Source: Octopus vulgaris
Taxonomy: Eukaryota
Length of the DNA stretch: 64,000 nucleotides
Direction of reading: 5' to 3'
Assembly: GCA_951406725.2 (NCBI GenBank)
Contig: OX597825.1
Location: forward strand, 21,514,001-21,578,000
This document shows positions 54,882 to 64,000 of this stretch, piece by piece. The translations under genes were made by a program, and so were the position numbers. How positions within the stretch are numbered: the stretch's first letter is position 1; every line of letters begins with the position of its first letter. The notes under the pieces were generated by a model that was not told the DNA's origin, did no database searches, and saw only the letters and a list, made by a program, of their open reading frames with translations.

Positions 54882-56402
54882 AGGCGGCGAGCTGGCAGAA
54901 ACGTTAGGACGCCGAGCGAAATGCTTAGCGGTATTTCGTCTGCGGTTACGTTCTGAGTTCAAATTCCGCCGAGGTCGACTTTGCCTTTCATCCTTTCGGG
55001 GTCGATAAATTAAGTACCAGTTACGCACTGGGGTCGATGTAATCGACTTAATACCTATGTCTGTCCTTGTTTGTCCCCCCTGTGTTTAGCCCCTTGTGGG
55101 TAATAAAGAAATAGGTATTTCGTCTGCCGTTACGTTATGAGTTCAAATCCCGCCGAGGTCGACTGTGCCTTTCATCCTTTTGGAGTCGATTAAATAAGTA
55201 CCAGTTACACACTTGGGTCGATATAATCAACTTAATCTGTTTGTCTGTCTTTGTTTGTCCCCTCTGTGTTTAGTCCCTTGTGGGTAATAAAGAAATAGGT
55301 ATTTCGTCTGCCGTTACGTTATGAGTTCAAATTCCGCCGAGGTCGACTTTGCCTTTCATCCTTTTGGAGTCGATTAAATAAGTACCAGTTACACACTGGG
55401 GTCGATATAATCAACTTAATCTGTTTGTCTGTCTTTGTTTGTCCCCCCTGTGTTTAGCCCCTTGTGGGTAATAAAGAAATAGGTATTTCGTCTGCCGTTA
55501 CGTTATGAGTTCAAATTCCGCCGAGGTCGACTTTGCCTTTCATCCTTTTGGAGTCGATTAAATAAGTACCAGTTACACACTGGGGTCGATATAATCAACT
55601 TAATCTGTTTGTCTGTCTTTGTTTGTCCCCTCTGTGTTTAGCCCCTTGTGGGTAATAAAGAAATAGGTATTTCGTCTGCCGTTACGTTATGAGTTCAAAT
55701 CCCGCCGAGGTCGACTGTGCCTTTCATCCTTTTGGAGTCGATTAAATAAGTACCAGTTACACACTTGGGCCGATATAATCAACTTAATCTGTTTGTCTGT
55801 CTTTGTTTGTCCCCTCTGTGTTTAGCCCCTTGTGGGTAATAAAGAAATAGGTATTTCATCTGCCGTTACGTTATGAGTTCAAATCCCGCCGAGGTCGACT
55901 GTGCCTTTCATCCTTTTGGAGTCGATTAAATAAGTACCAGTTACACACTGGGGTCGATATAATCAACTTAATCTGTTTGTCTGTCTTTGTTTGTCCCCTC
56001 TGTGTTTAGCCCCTTGTGGGAAGTGAAGAAATAGGTATTTTGTCTGCCGCTACGTTCTGAGTTCAAATTCCGCCGAGATCGACTTTGCCTTTCATCCTTT
56101 CGGGGTCGATTAAATAAGTACCACTTACGCACTGGGGTCGATATAATCAACTTAATCTGTTTGTCTGTCTTTGTTTGTCCCCTCTGTGTTTAGCCCATTG
56201 TGGGAAGTGAAGAAATAGGTATTTTGTCTGCCGCTACGTTCTGAGTTCAAATTCCGCCGAGATCGACTTTGCCTTTCATCCTTTCGGGGTCGATTAAATA
56301 AGTACCAGTTATGCACTGGGGTCGATGTAATCGACTTAATCCGTTTGTTTGTCCTTGTTTGTCCCCTCTGTGTTTAGCCCCTTGTGGGTAGTAAAGAAAT
56401 AG
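54882..56402 (+). mobile_element. Family B SINE: single head plus 8 tandem 184-bp body units inside one TSD
   Basis: Units start at 54931, 55115, 55299, 55483, 55667, 55851, 56035 and 56219. TSD TTGTCACGGG at 54871 and 56406. Confidence 0.92.
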
Positions 56403-57236
56403 ATTTTGTCACGGGTTACCTGACAGCTTGCCAGTTGGCCCGGCGACAAAAACAATAAATTTCACATTCTCTCTCTTACATTTCTTTCAAGCAGTCTCTC
56501 ACTACTCAGAAGAGAACTCTCACATTAGAATATCTTGTCACCGATTTGATACTCCAAAATCATTTGTCTCCCGGTTCTTCTGATGGCAGACACGCTTACA
56601 TAATTTTACATACATTGCCTCATGGACACACACCCGCTCGCAGACAAACACCCTGAATAGAACGCGCTTACATGCATATAACTATTCACGAAAACACACG
56701 CAGATTGTACAAACGGAATATTCTCGTACATACGCAGATCGATCGTGATAAATTATTGTTTAAAAATATTATCTATTACCGTAATTTCTCCACAGGCATT
56801 TATGTGAATTCGTGAACTCCGACACTATTTCAACTTTTACATTCAGAAGAGCATTTCCATCTTTCAAGATGAACTTGTATACGACTTCATATAATTTTCT
56901 CATTACATAATTAATTGCTGCTATTTTTATGACGTATTGAATTGTATTCATGAATATTTGAATTACATTCCTTTTTGTTACATCGGCTATTCATGTGTTA
57001 TTACTGTCTGCATCCGATGCGATCGACTCACTTCTATTGAAAGAGTCACTTGACCATCTTAAATTTTATCAAATACTTCATGTCTTTCTCCTGAATAATA
57101 CAAATATAATTTATACACATAACGCGGAAGTTAAAAGTTTAGGCCGGTCATAGAGTGACCATTGGTTTCGCAGCTATAAAGCGCGTAGCAGTATAGGCGA
57201 CACGCTAGACGCAAGTGGCTAAAGACGCCTTTCAAG

Positions 57237-57327
<91 letters not shown>

Positions 57328-57395
57328 GACCGCGTGTGTACCGTTGGCGATTTTTTTCCTCTGCCTTCCCTTCTCTGGATCTTTCCTTCTCCTAT

Positions 57396-57430
57396 GTTTC
57401 CGACGAAGAGCTCCGCTCGAAACGTTAAAC
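57396..57430 (+). ncRNA. Minimal hammerhead motif (U4C variant) in a small repeat between TA tracts
   Basis: GTTT-CCGACGA-A-GAGC-tcc-GCTC-GAAA-CG-TT/AAAC; relatives at 1783, about 32990 (minus) and 40840. Confidence 0.65.
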
Positions 57431-57521
57431 CCTCCTTCTTTCCTGAGCGTCCAATAATACTATATTTGTTCCACGTCCTCGCGTTGTTGTGTTGTTTTTA
57501 TGCTTTCTTGTTTGGATTAAC

Positions 57522-57561
<40 letters not shown>

Positions 57562-57564
<3 letters not shown>

Positions 57565-58040
57565 GGTCAGGCAAAATGATCTGACACATTTGTAGGTTAA
57601 ATAAAAGGCAAATGAAGTAAAGAAACAAAAAAGTGTTTTTATTTTTGAAAAGTACATATAATGCCATTTTGTTTCATTATGTTTTAAAAATTAAATCAGT
57701 CAAATGGGATCCATTATTGTCCACACACTGTCGAAGGCGTGTGTGGCACAGTGAATAAGCAAAACTTCAGAAACTGGGCCGAGAACAACCCTCGTGAGTT
57801 GCATGAACGCCCTTTGCATTGTCCTCGGGTGACTGTATGGTGTACTGTGGCAGAATTCGGTATGTGGGGTCCGTACTTCTTCGAAGAAGACAACGTTACA
57901 GTGACTGTGAACTCTGATCGATATTGTGAGATGCTAGAGACTTTTCTCAGACCAAAATTGAATATGCTTCACGATATGGACAATGTTTGGTTTCAACAGG
58001 ATGGAGTAAAAGCCCACACTTCTCGACGTGCGATGGGGAA
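57562..58040. mobile_element. Tc1/mariner DD41D (rosa/Visitor-like) remnant with internal inversion
   Basis: Plus ORF 57739-58050: VNKQNFRNWA..NPRELHERPLH..RVTVWC..GPYFFE..WFQQDG..AHT. Minus strand 57739-57677 encodes the C-terminus RLRQCVDNNGSHLTDLIFKT*. TIR end TA-CAGGGT at about 57562. Confidence 0.85.
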
Positions 58041-58532
58041 CGCAGTGTAAATAACGGACAGAGTCAAGGCTATTGAAAAGGTTGCAAGGCGCAACGAAAA
58101 TTTTAGGAAAATAAAAATAAGAAATAAGTGGAAATTTTACCGGTGAGTGTGTAAAATTATAAGGCACAAAAAGAAAATGACTCTCCCCCGGCACAACAGA
58201 AAAAAAATCATGTTATATCAGAATTTATTGAATGTTTAATATTTGACTACCACTCAATGTGCTTTGTTTTTTACAGTCTCTCTCTCTCTCTACTTTATAC
58301 TCTTATTAGTGGCACGGCTCTTTATGCACTGAGCTGAAATTCCGCCGAAACCAGCTTTACTTTTCATTATTTCGGAGTCGATAAAATTAGTGTCGGTTGG
58401 TGTAATCGACTTAACGTACCTTCCTGACATTTGTGGCTTTCTGACAAAATTTGAAACCAATACCAGTGACGGAAACTTGAGGCGGTTGATACTTATTTCT
58501 TGCAGTGCTTTCTTACTTCTTCCACTAAGTAT

Positions 58533-58580
<48 letters not shown>

Positions 58581-58664
58581 ACACATATATATATGTATAT
58601 ATATACACACATATATATATATACACACACATACATATATATATATACACATATATATACGAAC

Positions 58665-58695
<31 letters not shown>

Positions 58696-59436
58696 TATAT
58701 ATAAATATATACACACACACATACACATACATATATATATATATACACATATATATATATACGCACACACACACACATATATATATATACACACACACAC
58801 ACACACGCACACACACACACATACACACATATATATATATATACACACACACACACGCACACACACACACGCACATGCACACATGTTTATCTGACTGCAG
58901 GCCAAGATGTGGCTGAGCAGAATTAAGACACATTAATATCAGAAATGCAATGTCAAAGAAAGGCCAACATAAAAATAACATTTGTGGTTAGTGAGATTTA
59001 TCAGTTTCTCCTAATGCTGTCGTAAAGCTCCATGTTGGAGAATAAAACCGGTATAAGACATTCCTTTTATACATTCCTTAAACCCTTAAGAAGATTTCAA
59101 CGAAGGATTACAGCTTAATGGAGTCTCACTAGTTACAGTGAAGCAGTGAATTGTCTCAGGTGATAATAGATAGTTACAGCTAGGTGGACTGACTGGCCAA
59201 CATAAAACAAAGCAAGAAAAAAACCCAAAAAACCCCCCCCAAAAATAAAAACATGCAAAACGAAAATACTAGGCGCAGGCGTGGCTGTGTGGCTGTGTGG
59301 TTATGTGATAAGAAAAAATGCTTCCCAACCTCACGGTCCCGAGTTCATTTCCACTGCGTGGCACCTTGGCTTAGTGTCTTTTACGCTATAGCCCCAGGAG
59401 CTCGTTGTGTACAAACACATACACAGACACATATAT

Positions 59437-59715
59437 AATAGCCTGGGTTTCAAGGGCCCACAGTTTTTCAATATTCTCCCAAAGAGTCTGAGGAACTTGC
59501 ACAAAGTAGATGTAGGGGTTTTTAAATCAAAGCTGGACCTCTTCCTGTCGAGAGTCCCAGATGATCCTACCTCACGGCAAAAGGTGCAAATGAGGGTAGC
59601 TATATCTAACTCCATTCGTCATCAAGTGCCACATATTAGAGGAGGCTCCTAGTAATAAAAGTGTAGCGCAAAACGGCGGTGCATCAGCATGGCCGCAGTT
59701 CTGAGCTGAAACTTA
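59437..59715 (+). mobile_element. CR1-group LINE 3' fragment, relative of 28928
   Basis: NSLGFKGPQFFNILPKSLRNLH...KLDLFLSRVPDDPTSRQ plus the shared 3' tail. Confidence 0.85.
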
Positions 59716-59931
59716 AAAAAGAATATATTAGATAATAAATCGTATGGTATGCACCTGATAGCTTACCGGTAAAGCATGTCTACTTTCACAGTGTTCGTTG
59801 GGTATTTGAAAAGCGAGAGACGGAAGAGGAAAGACACAGGAATGGTTATTAATCGCTAGAGTTGTTTCGACCCATCCTGCATCGACCCCCTCACGTGTGT
59901 TGGATACTTAACAACTGGTATAGGAGTATCA

Positions 59932-60163
59932 AGGCGGCGAGCTGGCAGAAACGTTAGCACGCTGGGTGAAATGCGTAGCCGTATTTCGTCTGCCGTTACG
60001 TTCTGAGTTCAAATTCTGCCGAGGTCGACTTTGCCTTTCATCCTTTCGGGATCGATAAATTAAGTACCAGTTACGCACTGGGGTCGATATAATTGACTTC
60101 ATCCGTTTGTCTGTCCTTGTTTGCCCTCTCTATGTTTAGCCCCTTGTGAGTAGTAAAGAAATA
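59932..60163 (+). mobile_element. Family B SINE monomer with TSD
   Basis: Head plus one body unit; TSD GGTATAGGAGTATC at 59917 and 60164. Confidence 0.88.
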
Positions 60164-60439
60164 GGTATAGGAGTATCCAACGGTGTAGATGTGTCTCTTC
60201 AGGTGATTACAAGATCTAGTCCGTTAAAATTACGACTGTTCCGCAAGATATCTACTCATGGTTGTGTATAGAAAAGCTGCAAATTAAAGAATATAGCTTC
60301 ATTTTTATATAAGATCTATAATAAATAACAGATAAAAATGCATAAAAAATGCATAAAGTAACGAAAACACAATACAGCAAAAAAAAAAAAGTATCAAATA
60401 TATCCGTTAACAGCTATGGATATATAAACGCCCTCGCTT

Positions 60440-60660
60440 AGGTTGTGTGGGGCACGTACACTTGCTCGTACAACATCTATGAAGATATAAGCATATGTCC
60501 CAGCTCTTCAATGCCCCGATCGCAAAATTAAGAAGCCTACATAAGTTGGATGGGGATGTTTTCAAAAAGGAACTACACATTCTCCTATCCATGCCGACAG
60601 CCCGGCATGAGGTACAGATGAGGGTAGCAGGTCAAACCCAATCATGCATCAAATGGGCCT
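60440..60660 (+). mobile_element. Highly degenerate CR1-group LINE 3' fragment
   Basis: CCCAGCTCTTCAATG...GATGTTTTCAAAAAG...CAGATGAGGGTAGCAG...ATGCATCAAAT aligns by eye to 29520-29700. Confidence 0.6.
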
Positions 60661-60891
60661 ACAACCAAGGGTAAACAACGTGCAGGAGTGGTGATATGAA
60701 ATTCTACCATCCTGAAAAAGTCAGCCACAGAAGAATCATACGTGAAAGAGCAAAATCATGATCCCAGAGAATAAAAGAAAGAATAAAAGAATGTGTATGT
60801 GTCTATGCGTGTGTTTGTTTGTATTTATACATATATGTATATATATATATACTTTCATATATTCATACATGCATTTATTTGAACACACACA

Positions 60892-60924
<33 letters not shown>

Positions 60925-62158
60925 TCAATGAGAGAGTTTCCAAGACGGCACTTGATCAGCTACAAATAATAGCGAGCACTTCATATCACAACTGAACAGC
61001 TGAATAGAACTAGTGAACACATTGGATAATAAAGTTATAAAATATTTTCTCTCTAAAAACAATTAATAAAAAAGAGCCTGACTGTCATGATTGTTAAACT
61101 CATTTATAATGGCCTCTCAAATACAATGGCAGCATACAATATGAAGTGCAGATTACAAAATTATCGTACAAAATCCTTATTTCTAACGGTGATGATTTCA
61201 ATGTTAATCGCTTCTATCCCTCGTCCAATTTCATCTTTCGTTCGTGAAGGCGTGTGACTTAATTTGACATTGCTCCAGTCCACTCGACAGGCAGGGGCCA
61301 GCCTTGTCACATTCCGTGTCACGCTAAATATTCCTCAGAACTATGTTGAGGGTATGCGTGTTCGTGAAGTGCTCAGCCACTTATGCGTTAGTTTCATAAG
61401 CAGGCTGTTCCGTTGAGCGGATCAACTGGCACACTCGCGTCGTAACCGACTTTGCCTTTCATCCTTTCGGGGTTGATTAAATAAGTGCCAGTTACGCACT
61501 GGGGTCGATGTAATCGACTTAATCCCGTTGTCTCTCCTTGTTTGTCCCCTCCATGGTTAACCCCTTGTAGGCAATAAAGAAATAAGAAACGTTAGCTCAC
61601 CGGGCGAAATACTTAGCGGTATTTCGTCTGTCTTTATGTTCTGAGTTCAAATTCCGCCGAGGTCGACTTTGCCTTTCCTCCTTTCGGGGTCGATAAATTA
61701 AGTGCCAGTTGCGTGCTGGTTTTGATCTAATAGACTGCCCTCCCCAAAATTTTTGGGCCTTGTGCCTAGAGTAGAAGAGAATATATACATAGCAAGCGTT
61801 GTAACAATACGCCTTTCCCGGAGGATATAAAACGTATCCATTATTTTTGAACTTGGTCAGAAAGCACAGACGTATTTCTGAATACGCGTCGTTCAGAGTT
61901 CGGCTTTTCTGTTGCATTCATCATTGATTGGTAACTCACTGCAAACTGTACATGAGCAATCTGCCTCTGCTAGCATTTTAGGGATAGTAACTAAAATATT
62001 TTTGACAAGCTGAGCGTGACCTTTCATATATATATTAATCGAATAATTTTCTGCATATACAGCCTTGTGTGAAATGTTTATACAACTATACTCAATCATT
62101 TATTTATAGTGCGGGTGAGATTTGAAAAACTGAATTATGGAAGACTAACCGATCATAT

Positions 62159-62406
62159 GTGGAGGCGCGTGGCTTAGTGGTTAGGGTGTCAGCACCATGA
62201 TCGTAAGATTGTAGTTTCGATTCCTGGACCGGGCGACGCGTTGTGTTCTTGAGCAAAAAACTTCATTTCAGGTTGCTCCAGTCCACTCAGCTGGCAAAAA
62301 TGAGTAACGCTGCGGTGGACAAGCGTCCCGTCCAGCTGGTGAACACATACGCCATAGAAACCGGGAAATCGGGCCCATGAGCCTGGCTAGGCTTTAAAAG
62401 GGCGCA
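62159..62406 (+). mobile_element. tRNA-derived SINE related in its head to family C (degenerate relatives at about 4195-4430 and 41400-41610)
   Basis: GGCGCGTGGCTTAGTGGTTAGGGTG...GTTTCGATTCCTGGACCGGGCG (A/B boxes); short TTTA tail. Confidence 0.75.
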
Positions 62407-62636
62407 TTTATTATTTTTTATTTTTAACCGTTCATATGTGAGTGCGTGTGAATATATCTCCACCCACTCTCTGTGTATATATACATATACATGCAAACAC
62501 GCACACACACACACGTACGCACACACACATGTATGTATATAGATAGTTGTGGCAGTTTACCAAGCGTCTTTGTGTGCCTCTGTGTGTTTATGTGTGCGCA
62601 AGAGCACAAATACGTTTGTACGTGTATACAGTTATA

Positions 62637-62700
<64 letters not shown>

Positions 62701-62755
62701 GCCTGTCTGTCTATCTGCTGCACCCCCCTCTCTCTTTCTCTTTATATATATCTAC

Positions 62756-62821
<66 letters not shown>

Positions 62822-63352
62822 ACATGTATACACATCTATGTAAATGTATGCATGTGTATATATGCATATGTGTCCGTACATATATATATAAATGTATGTG
62901 AGTGTCTGTATGTGTATGTGTGTTTAATATGCATATATACAAGCAAGATTACTAAGTTTTGTGCATGTATGTATTGCGTATATCTGATTGGGTGTTCTTA
63001 AGTGTGTCTCATGGTTTACGCATAACTACATATCAAACAGCTATGTCACAACACGAAAACGTGGCGCTTCAGATCATTGCATTCAGTGTTGCAATGAGAA
63101 ATGTAATAGAATGATAGATAAAATATTAAAGAAATGATTAACAAAGCAGACGATCAGCAACAGATATCAGGATATAAAGATTTATATCATTGTTTCATTC
63201 ACTAACTTCGATAATTAGCAAGTCTTGCCGTCACATACGTGAATTATTTTCCAATTGGATGACTTTAAGTTTCTTATGATTGTTTCAGTCTAAATTAAAT
63301 AATATCACACACACATATGTATATATATATGTGTATGTACGTATATATATAC

Positions 63353-63485
63353 GGAGCCTCGTGGAGCTTTTAGGTGTTTTCGTTCAATAAACACACACAA
63401 CACCCGGTCTGGGAATCGAAACCGCGATCCTTCGACCGCGAGTCCGCTGCCCTAACCCTAACCAGTGGGCGATTGCGTCTCCACA
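63353..63485 (-). mobile_element. SINE family C, 5' part
   Basis: Matches 15302-15428. Confidence 0.8.
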
Positions 63486-63707
63486 TATATATATATATAT
63501 ATATACACTCACATACACACACATATTGTCTTTTATCTTTTACATGTATCAGGCATTTGACTGCGACCATAGTACAATACCTCCTTGGGCAAGTGTCTTC
63601 TACTATAGTGTCAGGCCGTCCAAAGTCTTGTGAGTAGGTTTGGTAGACGGAAACTGAAAGAAGCTTCGAAAACGATACGAGGCTATGTAAAGCTTCACTG
63701 AAATATA

Positions 63708-64000
63708 TACTGGCAAAGATGTATGCGGGCAGCGTAAAAATTTGATTAGTCCTCATCAGCTAGATTCGCCTGTTTCGAAAATTAAAATATCTTGCTAGTA
63801 TATTCGCCTGAACGCCTAGCCATTAACAGGTGAATCTAGCCGATGAGAACTAATCAAATTTACGATAACAACCGTATTTTGCTAAATCCGAAACTCGGGT
63901 CCTAGATTATCCATTCTAGGTGGTCCATTTTTACGATGATCTTCCTAGAAATAAGACGAACATTTTTAAAGTTCCCTGCCCGCATACATATTTGCCAGTA
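63708..64000. mobile_element. Fold-back element with hammerhead (63833-63908 plus), running off the window end
   Basis: AATCTAG-CCGATGA-...ATCC-GAAA-CTCGGG-TC/CTAGATT. The inverted partial copy 63738-63774 has CTGATGA-GGA, and outer inverted ends lie at 63708-63732 and 63976-64000. Confidence 0.7.

Noticed and set aside
54931-56402. Regular array suggestive of CRISPR or a tRNA cluster
   Set aside because: The units are near-identical along their full 184 bp with no unique spacers, there are no cas genes, and the units match a dispersed SINE.

Overview
AT-rich, microsatellite- and SINE-dense eukaryotic DNA. The repeat families point to an octopus or other coleoid cephalopod (inference). The only host gene I can support is the 3' end of a chordin/short gastrulation gene on the + strand: six spliced coding exons (2075-21886) encoding CR3, a linker, CR4 and a basic C-terminal tail. 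All were found by reading splice sites; the ORF track recovers none of them as such. Nearly all ORF-track entries are microsatellite artefacts or transposon fragments. Mobile DNA includes three tRNA-headed SINE groups, CR1-, RTE- and Tx1/L1-type LINE fragments, Tc1/mariner remnants and a non-autonomous Helitron. The main non-obvious signal is a set of about 15-20 minimal type-I hammerhead-ribozyme motifs in about 8-9 sequence-unrelated small element families. Many lie in the arms of long fold-back repeats embedded in TA/AAT microsatellites, the architecture of Penelope-like-element (PLE) pseudo-LTRs. One has a fully canonical core (24885) and one has a reciprocal G3-C8 core swap (26451). Also notable: headless SINE multimers inside a single target-site duplication (TSD), and two LINE-SINE pairs with shared 3' tails. 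All alignments and folds were done by eye and no database search was run.
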